From contig CDMY01000470.1 of assembly GCA_001179505.1 (NCBI GenBank), positions 1 to 64,000 of the forward strand: DNA of 64,000 nt. Direction: 5' to 3'. Below the pieces are notes generated by a model. It worked only from the letters and a program-made list of their open reading frames with translations. It was not told the origin of the DNA and did no database searches. This document shows positions 34,849 through 46,682 of this stretch, piece by piece (positions within the stretch are counted from its first letter, which is position 1; each line of letters opens with the position of its first letter). The translations under genes were made by a program, and so were the position numbers. The DNA is from Vitrella brassicaformis CCMP3155. Taxonomy: Eukaryota > Protista > Chromerida.

Positions 34849-37800
34849 ATGGCCAACGGTCTGATGGCTGACGTGTATGGTGGTGCTGGTGTGGAGGGGG
34901 GCGGGATCTCGGCTGCCGTGGCGGAGGTCATCCACTCGCTATGGTCAGTGACACACACAACACACAACACACAGAGAGGGATATGGGACAGCTAAGCGGC
35001 ATCTTATGTGCGTCTGTGTGTGTGTGGCGGTGTGTGTGATGTTTCTGTCAGGCTTGAGCTAGTGGTGTGTTCGTTCCTGATGGTGGTGTGGGTGTGGAGG
35101 CAGCGGCACAATGGCAGCAAGACCAGCACCAAAAGCACTACCAAGACCACCGCCACCAGCAGCGGCAACAGCAGTAAGGCCAAGCAGGCTGCTGCCGGGC
35201 GGCCATCTCCCCCGTCCATCCCCCACCTCTCGGCTCCCTCACACCCCCCCTCCAGCAAATGGTCCGTCGCTGGCGCCATCCGCTCCACGGCAGCCACCAT
35301 CATCAACAGATTCAAGAAGAGGACCACTGCACCGCCCAACGCGGCGGCCCATGACACCACCGACGAGCACCAGCCGGCCGACGACCAGAGCCCCGTTGCT
35401 CGCAAGCGCCCAGACGCGCTTCTGCTGGCGTCGCCCTCTGACGGCGGGCTGGCCAAGGCCATGGCGGAGGCGGTGCTGCGGGAACAGACGCCCTGGTCGC
35501 CCAACGCACAGGTGGCTTCCAAGGGCCACCCGCAACCGCCCTTGGCGGCCACCAGCCCCCTCCTGGGCGACTTTCCCCCGCCACCCGACGGCCTCTTCGC
35601 ACCCCCCACCAACCAGCACCAGCAGTGGAGCGGCGTGTTTGCCACCTCCCCCAGCCCCTCCCACGCCCACACACACGCCTTCGCGACCTCCTCTGTGCAC
35701 AGCGTGCACTCGCTCAGCCCCTTCACCTCCAACACGTCACCGGCGCCGTCGTCAGTCGTGGCACAGCAGCACTCGCCTGACCTGGTGGTGGGGTCGTCGG
35801 GTGGCGGGCAGCACAGCGGGACGGCCACCACCATGACCACACCGTCGTTCTTCAACGGCTCCTTCGGCATCCCTGCCACTTCGTCGGTGACGAGCTCGCC
35901 CGCAGCCGTGACCAACGACGGGTGGGCCGTGAGTGGGGGAGGGGGGAGCGGCAGTGGAGGCGGGGGGAGTGGCGATAAGGGCGGCTATCGCAAGGACAAG
36001 GACCACTGCAGTGACGACTCGTCGACGCACGAGCAGGCCTTCCCGGAGCTCTCGGCGGCCGCATCGCCCACATCGACATCGCCCACATTCGCCAAGAAGG
36101 ACATTGTCGACGAGTCCCCCGTCCACCAGGCCATCGTGTACCGTCGGCCAGGCATCTCGCGCCTCCCCACCGAGGCGCCCAACGACAGCCCCACACTCAC
36201 CACAGACCACTTCCCGCCACTCCTGCCCACCAGCACAGCCACCAGCGCCACCAATGGCAAGAGGAGCAGCCGCGGCAGCTTCTCGTCCAGACATGACAGC
36301 AATGAAGGCACCACCCACAACAGCAGCCACGGGGGCGGATCGGGCGCCAAGAGCTCCACTGCCCGCCGTCTGTCTGCCTTGACGGAGCGGCTGACGTCCG
36401 TCGGCTCCACCAGTGCGGGCGAGACCCCGACCCATCGTGGGTCTATCGACCAGGGCAAGATGGGCGGCGACACACCATCCTCCGGGAGCGCATCCACCTC
36501 CGAGAGCCGCATGCGGGGTGAGGAATCGACCAACGGCAATGGGGGCAATGGGGGAAACGGTGAGAGGGGCTGGGGCGGTGCTCGTGAGAGATGGGGCAAT
36601 GGTGGCGGTGGCGGTGGGGGCGGCCGTGGTGGTGGTGGTGGTGGTGGTCGAGTGAAAGGCATAGTAGAGATGGACAACACAGTTCCGTTTGAGGAGCTGG
36701 CGCGAGACCCGATGCGGCTGCGTGGGAGCATCATGGACATGTGCACCAAGCGATACGGCAGGGCCATCGAGTACTACAAAATGGCAGTCAGAACAGGCGT
36801 CTACAAGTGGGGAGGGGGGAGGGGGAGGGGATGGGGGAGATCGGCACCACCCACAAGGCAACACATCCACACCCACACATCCCGTGTGTGTTGGTGTGTG
36901 CAGGCACATCCGCGACGAGCAGATGTATGTCAACTTGGTGCAGCTGGGGCTGTTCCTGGGCCACCGCGACCTGGCGGACAGCGTGTTGGGTGACATGAAG
37001 GCGGCCTCCATCCCGCGGCCTCTCAACATGTACATCTCCATCATGAAAATGTTCGCTGCACGACACCTCTACTCGAAGGTATGTACGCCACACAGAGAGT
37101 GGGAGGGAAAACACCTAAGAGACATCCTGTGTGTGGGCCATCCGTCCACACATCGACCCTTTGGTCAGTGTCTGTGGCTGTATGAGGCTATGCGGGAGGA
37201 CGGCCACGCCCCCCGCGACGCCACCATGTACTCGTGCCTTCTGTCGGCGGCCGTCGAGTCGGGCGAATTCGACAAGGCCATCGAGTTCTTCAAGAAGGTA
37301 TGCCCTTCTTGTCTGTCTGTCTACTCAGCCAAAGCCAAGTCTTCTGCGTACTCTCTCTCTCTCTCTGTGTGTGTGTGTGTATGGTTCAGTTGTCCAACGT
37401 GGGCCGTCCGTCGATCAAGGCCTTCATGCAGGTCATCCGAGTGCACTCGCGACGAAACGACTGGCAGGCCGCACTCAACCTGCTCAAACAGGTCACTCTC
37501 CCGGCCCCACACACACACCACACAGGCAAGACCATCCCTCTCTCTCTGTGTGTGTGTGTGTGCATCCATCAGTTGTGTGACAGCGGGATGGAGCCCGACA
37601 ACCTGATAGTCAACAACGTGTTGGCGACGTGCGTCAATGCGCGGCAGGTGGCGGTGGCCCGCACGCTGCTCGAGGAGATGAAAGACACACCGGGACTGCT
37701 CGACACCATCTCATACAACACCATCATCAAGGTAAGCACCCAGCCCACAGGCGCTGACAGACAGAGGGCAAGAAATGTACCTCTGTCTCTCTCTCCGTGT

Positions 37801-40682
37801 GTGTGTGTGTATGTGTGTGTGTATTAGGGTTACGCGCAGTCCGGTGCGTTTGAGAGTGCGATGGACATTCTGCACGACATGCGTGAGCAGGGCCTGCAGC
37901 CTAACGACATCTCATTCAACACACTCATGGACGCCGCCATTCGGGCAAAGTACACAGCTACACCCACACACCCACATTTGTGTGTAAATCTCTTCCTCTC
38001 TCTGTTGTGTCAGTGCGTCCGATGCGGCGTGGAAGATCTTGGACGAGATGCAGCGCAGCGGCATCAACCCCGATCGCTACACCTGCAGCATCCTCCTCAA
38101 AGGCATCAGCAACGAGCCCAACAGCCACAGAGGAGGAAGAGACCACAACCGAGACAGAGACAGGGACTCCGTCAACACCCCCAAATCGGCCTCTCGCCAC
38201 CCGTCCAATCACCCCTCCACCCCCACCAGCAACCAACAAAACAACAACAATAGTGCCAACAGCAGCAGCAGCGGCAGCAACCGGACAAACAACGCTAGCA
38301 ACGGCCGAAGGAACAACACACACCGACAGCAGCAGCAGCACCAGCCGCCCCCGCGCAGCTCTGGTGGGCGCGCATCCTCCCACTGGGATGAGGGCGGCGG
38401 CGGCGGTGGTGGCCGCGTGGGCGGCACGACGTGGGTGCCGGCAGCTGCTGCCAATGCCACCAATCGCACAAACAGCGTGCAGGACAGCAACAGCAGCAGC
38501 AGCAGGGGCGGGAGGCCTTCTGCCGGTGGTTCTGGTGCTGGTGGTGGTGGTAGTGGTGTGCGGGCTGGCCGGCAGAGCGACGAGGGTGAGAGAGAGCACC
38601 CGAAGGACCCTGCCGTCAACGACCTCGATATCAACGGAGGAGACGGTACACACAAACACACACACACAGACAGAGAGACAGAGAGACAGACGGACCAACG
38701 GAAGATAGCACCCATTCTCTGTTGTGTGTCTTTGCGTGTCTTTGTGTGTGTGTCCATCCTTCCATCCCATCGACCCATCAGGCGGCATGCGTGAGGTGTC
38801 TGAGATCCTGGCCCGTCTGGCCAATAACCAGATGCCGCCCTCCGCCCAGAGCTACGGCACCATCATCAAGGCGCTCGGGCAGGCCGGCCAGCTCGACAAG
38901 TGCTTCGTGGTCTGGCAGGACATGACCAAGAACAACATCTCACCCACACCCCTCACATACGGTCACTCGGCACACACACACACACACACACACAGAGAGA
39001 GAGAAAGGCCTGCACGCGTGTGTGTGTGTGTGTGTGTGTGTATGGCTGGCGCTGCAGGCATCTTGATGGACGCCTGTGTGCACTGCGGTGAGACGGGCAA
39101 GGCGTATGAGGTCTTCCAGGACATGTGTTCTGCCGGCTGGGCCGCCAACGACGCGCTCTACACCACACTCATCAAAGGATTCGTCAAAGTGACCACACCC
39201 TGCACACAACCACCCCCCAAGCACACCACACCACACCACACCACACCGCACACGTGTGCTGCATTGTGTTGTCTTGTGTGGTGTCAGGCCAAGGACATTG
39301 ATCATGCTCTAGCGGTGTATCAGCAGATGCAGGCCGTCCCCTCACCGACCACCAAGCAGGCCTCAGGAGGAGGCTCACCGGAGCGGGGGCCCCGCGGTGA
39401 CCTGCTGACGTACTCGATGCTCATCAAGGCCACCTGCGACGCACAGGACCTCAACACAGCCACACAGATACTCAAAGACATGCAGGCTAGTGTGAAGTGA
39501 CAGACAGACAGAGAGGCACACAAGACACAGGCCACACAGAGAGCACGTGTGTATGTGTATGTGTGTGTCTGTGTGCGTGTGTGTGCAGAGTGATGGCGTG
39601 GCTGCGGACGAGTTGGTGCTCAACAGCCTGCTCAACGCGTGTCTGAAGGAGCAGAACGTCACATTGGCGCAGAGCGTGCTGAATGACCTGACGCAGAAGG
39701 GCGTCGTTCCGTCGACCCTCACCCTGGCCATCATGATCAAGCTGCTGACCAAGTCAGCACCTCACACACACAGAGACAGACAGAGGGACACGATCCATCC
39801 ATATGTGTGTGTGTGTGTGAGTGTGTGTGCAGGTGTCGCATGTATGTGGATGCGCTTGGGCTGCTCCGCGAGTTCAAGTGCGACTACGGCATGGCCCCCG
39901 GGGCCAACAACTACAATGCACTCATACAAGTGACTAAAAAACACCCACCACCCTACAAAGACATCGACCAGTCCGCCCATCTGTCTGTCTGTCTGTCTGT
40001 GTGTCAGGCGTGTGTGCGGGGCCATGCCCTCTGTGTGGCCCTTGACGCGTTTGACGAGTTCCTGTGCGATGCAAACACCGCCCCGCCCAAGTGCCCGCGG
40101 CCCGACGCTTCCACCTATGTAGCGCTGCTTAACGGATGTGTAGAGGCCACACACAGCAGCAACGGTGGGGGTGGGGGTGCTGGCCAGACACCCAATGGTG
40201 CGGGCGGCATGACCACTGCCAAACTCACAGACACCGCGGTAAGCGCACAGAGAGGGAGAGAGGGAGGGAGGGTTTCTGTGTGGGAGTGTGTGTGTGTCTG
40301 TGTGTGTTTCGGCGTGTCAGGTGTCGTTGGTCGAGCGTGCCTATTCAGAGGGTCTGTCGTTGCCTGAGGACTCGCTCACACCTCTGATCAAGCTGGCCTC
40401 CTACACTCACACAAGTACATAGCATCAGTATCCGGCCGTATGTATCACACACACCACACGACGCGACACACGGATACCTCCCCCCCACCCCATGTGTCGG
40501 TGTGTTTAGGTGAGCATCTGGTGAGTTTGATGAAGAAGATGGGCCTACCGGTGTCGCCTGAGCATGCCCACGCCCGCTCGGCGACGCCCCCAGTGATGGT
40601 GGTGCACCCGAGCGATCGAGACGGGCACCCCATGCTGCCCCCCATCATGGCACACAACGACGTCACCGCCACACCGTGCTAG
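34849..40682 (+). CDS. Pentatricopeptide repeat (PPR) protein, roughly 16 motifs, with N-terminal hydrophobic helix and long Ser/Thr/Gly-rich linker
   Basis: 35-aa motifs include TISYNTIIKGYAQSGAFESAMDILHDMREQGLQPN, AQSYGTIIKALGQAGQLDKCFVVWQDMTKNNISPT, PLTYGILMDACVHCGETGKAYEVFQDMCSAGWAAN and ATMYSCLLSAAVESGEFDKAIEFFKK. The first exon (34849-~34943) splices in frame to WLELVVCSFLMVVWVW. Confidence 0.92.
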
Positions 40683-40689
40683 TCGCTCT

Positions 40690-42900
40690 GCGGGCGGCAT
40701 TCAAACACACACATACACACATACAAATGCATGGCAGCTTTACGCGCGAGTACATTGTGAGTAGCTAGATCTTCTGTAGAGTGGTGGATGGATGGACGGC
40801 TTTATCTCCCTCTGTAAGTATATGTGTGTGTGTGTGTGGCGGTTGTTTGCCCGTCTGTCGGTCTGTCTGTCTGTCTGTCTGTCGGAACACACAGCTGCGT
40901 ACACACATCCACAGCCACACACACATGACGCGTAGAAGAGATACATACTTACGATGCGTGTGGTGTGCGTGTGTGATGCATGCTTTAGTAGGCAGAGAGT
41001 GAGTGACTCACTGGCCGGGCGGGGCGGGTGGCTCCCTGCCCTGACCAACAGGACAGAGACAGAGAGAGAGAGAGAGAGCAGATTATCTTTATCGAGAGAC
41101 GAGAGAGACCAATCTACGCGTCCATGGATGGACGGATGGCTTGCCGCATTCATTAACACCTAGATAGACATCTCTGCAGCGCGGCAAAGGCAATTTTGGG
41201 GCTGGCTGCGTACCTACCTTACCTACACACACGCCTTCACATGCACACGCGCAACAGAGAGAGAGCGGGAGAGGGAGAGAGAGGGAGAGATTTGTACGGC
41301 AACTCAGCTGAATCGTTTTCCTGCCATTTACCTGGAGAGAGGAGAGAGGAGAGAGAGAGAGCTGCCGGCGAACCAGCCTGCTGTCGTTTCCCAAGAGAGA
41401 TAGATACACTTGACGACTTCCTCGCGACGAGTGTGTAGATACGTACCAACCCACTGGCTGTCTTCCTGAGTGAGCGAGTGACTGACTGACTGACTAGCGC
41501 CCCGACCAACCAGCCCCCTACCTGTGCAGACAAACAGACAGACAGATAGACAGACAGACAGTCGCAAACGTATCAGGCCTGACTTACTCGTTCTTGCCAC
41601 CTGAAGTGTGTGTGTCCTACGTGCGTGTGTGTGGTGTGTGTGTACCATATGTACGTGTGATGTCATGTGATGCGATGCGATGCTATCATGCGACGCTATG
41701 CTAAGCTGCCCCAAAGACAGGGGCGGGCCGGGCCGCTGCTGTCAGGGAGGGAGGGAGTGAGTGCAACAACGGTTTAGAGAGAGAGGGAGAGAGAGAACAA
41801 CACAGAGGGGCCAACACTTGCCTGCCCGCCCGACACAAGCTGCATGATTGGATGGAGACATGCTGACCGGCACTCGCTCTCTCACGTGATGACTGACTGG
41901 CCTGTACACCTACCTGGATGGATGGCGGCATGTCTGCAGGAAGGCATCAAGTGTTTCAAGGGCGGGAGGGAGGGAGGGAGGGAGGGGTGCAGAACAGCCT
42001 GACTACCTACAAATGAATATATATGGTATATATCGCACACACGCGATGGATGCGATCGACCACCCCGAGATGGATGGAAGGGCATGATCATTTTTAACAC
42101 CATGCATCGGAGCCCCCGGGCCATTTATACATTTCTCTGTGTAGACAGCCCTCCCCTCCACCGAACCGATCTGTGCTGTGCGAGTGGGTGTGTATCGGTG
42201 TGTACCATCGCTACACAGTTCAGTTTGTCATACCGGATGTTATGTGTCCATATCACAGCTGTAGACAGACAGACGAGACGATCGCCGTTTGTCGTGTCCG
42301 TCGTGTCGGCGGAGTCAGGCGGACAGCCGGGCCGTAACGTCACTCTCTGAGTGAGTGAATGAGTGAATGCGTCGCTAACGAAACGAACGGTTCTCCCAAT
42401 GGGAGTGTGTTTGTGTGTGTCTGTGTCGGTGTGGGGCTGCTGTGGGAGGGGCGGGGGCTCTGGTGGTCTCTTTTTCGACCTCTGTGTGTGTGTGTGTGTG
42501 TGTATGCCTAGCTGTCTATGCCTAGACTGACTGGCTATCTATCCACCAATACGCGACATCAATCAACGTATGTAAGAAATGTGCAACGTTCACCAATCCA
42601 CCAGCCAGCCATACACACATTGACCATTTGTACGGCTCGGAAGTCACACATGCACTCATCCATCCATCCATCCAAGGCGGAAAAAGCCGTCAGGTTGTCC
42701 ACCAGACAGACAAGAGGGACACACCGCCCCTTACGCAAACAAACCTAATCACCACCTCTCTCACACACAGGTGTACAGTCTGTCTGCCTGATGCGTGCCT
42801 GATGTATGTTCGTACGACTGACATGCCGTCGGTTGCCGTCGGCGGCAAATCAGTCACACGCACATCGGTCAGGTATCACTCACGCAGACAAACTGTAACG
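40690..42900. repeat. Microsatellite-rich intergenic region ((GT)n, (GA)n, (GACA)n, (GATGC)n, (GGGA)n)
   Basis: Dense simple repeats with no coherent coding frame. Confidence 0.75.
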
Positions 42901-42905
42901 ATTAC

Positions 42906-45900
42906 TCACGAGCTGATGGACCTAGACGTGTCGGGTAAACCGTCGTGCTGCTTCCCGCTACCCTGGCTGCTGCCCTGGCTGCCGCCATCCTTGCGGAATC
43001 GAGCACGCTTCAACGACCCCGGAGCGGGAATGCTACCACCACCAGCAGCACCCCTCAGCTGGCTCTCTGGCGAGGCTGATGGCATGTCCTGGTCATCCGA
43101 CGCCAGAGCCTCGACAGCAGCGCGCTTCTTCTGCTGCGCTGCACTCCCACCACCGCCCCGCCCCTCGTCGGGCTTGCTCTCGGGCGGCGTGCCGAAGAGT
43201 CCCTCGTCGAATCCCGACAAGTCCTGGCTGTCGTGCTGCCTCAACCCTCCCCGTGCCGACCAGGCTGAGCGACCCGGTGCCGCGGGTGAGGGCCCGTCGT
43301 TCATCTGCCGATCCTCGCCCGCAAAGCCATTCCGCACCAACTCGCCAAGCCTTTTGTCGCGCATTGACTGTGAGTCGTCCTGCATCCCTAGGGGGGGCGG
43401 GCCGAGAGGGAGGGGGGGCAGCGAGTCCTGCGATGGGAAATCGGCACCCAGCCCCAGCGACCGGTAGCAGGGCGGCGGCAGCTGCAGGTGCGGCTGCGAC
43501 GACTGAAGACCAGGGGGGCTGCCCGAGTTGTCCTGCAAGGCGGAGAGGACACAGAGAGAGAATGCGCGGGCTGAGAACAGATGACGTGATGAGAGCCGGC
43601 CGACCTCGTCGTTGTATGCCCCTCCGGAGGATGACGCTTCCATGCCCTGCGAGTCGCCCTTCTGCGGGGGTGGGCGGAGCAGCGATGACGGGATGGCAGG
43701 GGGAGGCCGACAGGGGGCGACGGGGAGGGGAAGCCGCGCAGGTTCGGACGGACCGCCATCAACACTCGGCATGGGAGCTGCAAAGGCGGAAAGAACGAGA
43801 ATCCTCACTTCTCGATCTTTGTCTCTGGTTTCCCCAACCGCCCTCTTTCGTACCTATGATTTTCAGGTTCTCAATGCTCATCGGTGCCATCCCGCCGACG
43901 GCCGGGCTGGCGTGCTGCTGACCTCCCCTGTGCGCACCCTTGAGCGATGCCCGCTCCTGCCTGCGACCACCACCACCGCCGCCGCCAGCAGTGCGGTCGG
44001 CCTTTGACTCCCTTGGTGGCGCTGGGGGCGGGTGTTGCTGCAGCAGGGGGTGCTGGCTCTTGTCGAACTGCTTCCGGCGCCTCTCGAGGTAGGTCTCGTC
44101 CGTGTGCCGCACGCTCGCAAACGACACGTTGGGCTTGTCCATGCCGTGGGCTTTGAAGTACTCGTTGATCTCCCGCCGCACTTGAATGGCGAAGGTGTCA
44201 GAAAGGGACGGCTCGCTGTTGTTGCGGCCACCACTGGCAGCAGCCGCCGCCCCCCACTGCGGAGATGGGGCGTCGTCATCGAAGCCGTCCTCGTCGTCCA
44301 TCTCGGCAGCTACTGAGGCGCGCTTGCCGGCCGCCGTGGTGCGGCGTGCCACTGCTGTGGTGCGGATGACGATCTTGGCTACCTCGCCGGCACCGATCTG
44401 ACATGGTGGTGTGGATGTGTCCCATGGGCAGCGAAGGGGTGTTTGTGTTTGTGTGTGGTGTGCTTACGTTGATCCACTGGTTGTCTTCATCAGTTGGGGT
44501 GGGGAAGAGGCGGGAGTACAGCGTCTGGCGCTGGGCGTCAGACATCAGCCTGAGCTCCTCAGACACCAACGAGTAGTGCTGCAGCCAGATGGCAGCAAGG
44601 CAGCGACCATCACAGCAGACACACACAACACTCACAAGACTCATCAGCCTGTGTGTATGCGTGTGTGTGTGTGTGCAGTGGCTGTGTGTGTGGACGCACT
44701 TTTCCGCATGGGGCGAAGTAGTAGAAATGCACGTCGGATGCCAAACGCAACTCGTAACCTGCACACACACACACACACACACACAGCTTTACACGAGAGG
44801 TCTCATCTTCCATTCTCTCTGTCTCTCCCTCTCTCTCTCTGTGTAAGCTACCGGCAGCGATTTTCTCTATGTAGTCCGAGTAGGGTGTGCTGTGAAGGCT
44901 CACAGTGGCCGTCTTCCGGCAGTACGGCACAGACACAGTGCCATATCCCTGACAAACGGATGGATGGATGGATGGACCCATCACACACACACACACACAC
45001 ACATATTGCAATGCAACCCCGCATGTGCCCCTCCCTCGTGTCTGTGTGTCTTGTGTGCCCCATTCATTCCCTGCCGCACTTTTAGGTTGAAGGACTTCTT
45101 GCTGGTGCCCTCGGTGCCCTTCTTGGAGCCCTTCCCACCAGTGACTACCTTGACAGGCACCTGACGACTGAACGACAGACAGACAGACAGACACAGTGGG
45201 TGGGTGGGAGGGAGGGAGGGAGGGACGGAGGGACGGAGGGAGGGAGGGACACACCGCACCAAACCACACCACATGTCAGATCACAGATGTCACACGTGTT
45301 TCTTCCACATCAGCAGGGCGAGCTTAACGCACCTCTTGCTAGATGTGTCGGCCAGGCTGCCGCCCACCGTGGCGAAAAACACCGCTGCCATGTCAGTGAG
45401 TCAGACAGACAGACAGACAGACAGACGCCAGTGAAAAGGACAACAGCATGAGGCAGAGGGATGTGTGTGTGAGTGAATGGGTGGGGTGGCTCACTCACTG
45501 TTGTCGTAGAATCTGAGTGACGACTGGGGGGGCCTGTTGAAGACGGGCAGCTCCGCCATCGCCCTGGCCTCCTTATCCCCCATACACAACAGCTTCACAG
45601 CCTGGAGGAAAGAATCAAGGTGGCACACACACACAGGTGGGAGGGAGGGAGGGAGGGAGGGAGGGGAGGCGTGAGAGTGCACAAACGATGAGAGTCTGTC
45701 TGTCGGTCTCAGCCTCGATGAGCTCACCTCGTCGGCCTTCTCGTAGATGTGTTTCATTTCGACATTTCTGAGGGTGACTGGTGTGTCCTGCAAGATGCGC
45801 GCCGCCATATCCTGCACACACACACACACCCCCACACACAGCCATCGATGCAGCCGTCCGCGAGAGAGAAGCCCGCCCCTGCTGTTGTATTGCCCATGGT

Positions 45901-46491
45901 TTCTTTGTACCTCCCGCAGGTAGGTCAGGAGTCGTGTGAGGTCGAAGCCCCCATCGCCCCGCACACGATCTATCAGGTCACGGATGCCTGCAATCACACA
46001 CACACACACAAACAAACGACAGAGGGATTTTCTCCTCGCTCGTGGCACAGCCATCCTGAGTGGCTGGCTGCCCGGGATCGATCTGGTTACCCACTCACCG
46101 CGTCTGAGCATGTACTTGTCGACGGGATTGAGTTTGAGTCCAGGAGAGCTCACTGCTCGGTGCACCTCGCAATACAACTCCTGCACAGCACACACACAGA
46201 AAGAACAAAAGGCACACATCGATCACAGGAAGCACCAGTGCTGTGTGTCTGTCCTCACTGACCGCGCCGCCCACGTGCAGCAGGCCATCTGCCTACCCTA
46301 CCCTAGCTGACCTGCATGAGCGATTCGATGTCGTCTGCGTCACCATTCTGGACCACACTGCTCGCCGACGGCTGAGGAACCAGCGCCATGTCGATCTCGC
46401 CGTTTCTACCCCTTTTGATGCTGCCGCTCGTCGTCTTGCTCTGGCTGTGGCTGGGCTTGTTGGCCGGCGGCTGTTCTTTCTTGCCGGGCAT
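42906..46491 (-). CDS. Hypothetical multi-exon protein (about 11 exons) with a folded N-terminal half and disordered C-terminus carrying NLS-like motifs
   Basis: ATG at 46491 (MPGKKEQPPANKPS). Exons include ELYCEVHRAV, GIRDLIDRVRGDGGFDLTRLLTYLREV, DMAARILQDTPVTLRNVEMKHIYEKADE and GYELRLASDVHFYYFAPCGK. The C-terminus has KKRAA and LKRARFRK. Family not recognised. Confidence 0.65.
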
Positions 46492-46682
46492 GGCTGAACT
46501 GGAGGGCTCGCTAATCTGGTACTCAAACTTTGGGAAAGTGGCCCAGGTCACAGTCGCTAGATGGTCCGAAGAAGGCAATGACATCCGGGGAGGCACGTCA
46601 GCATCAAAAATCGAAACTGCCAGGAGTTGGGGAGAAAAGCGTGAAACGGAGCGCTGTTTACCACACGACCAAGCCCTTTGGA

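Noticed and set aside
35004-37044. Long antisense ORFs (35004-35915, 35752-37044; also 8814-9602, 19711-20643, 4660-6072)
   Set aside because: They are shadows of GC-rich or low-complexity coding sequence on the opposite strand and have no motifs of their own.
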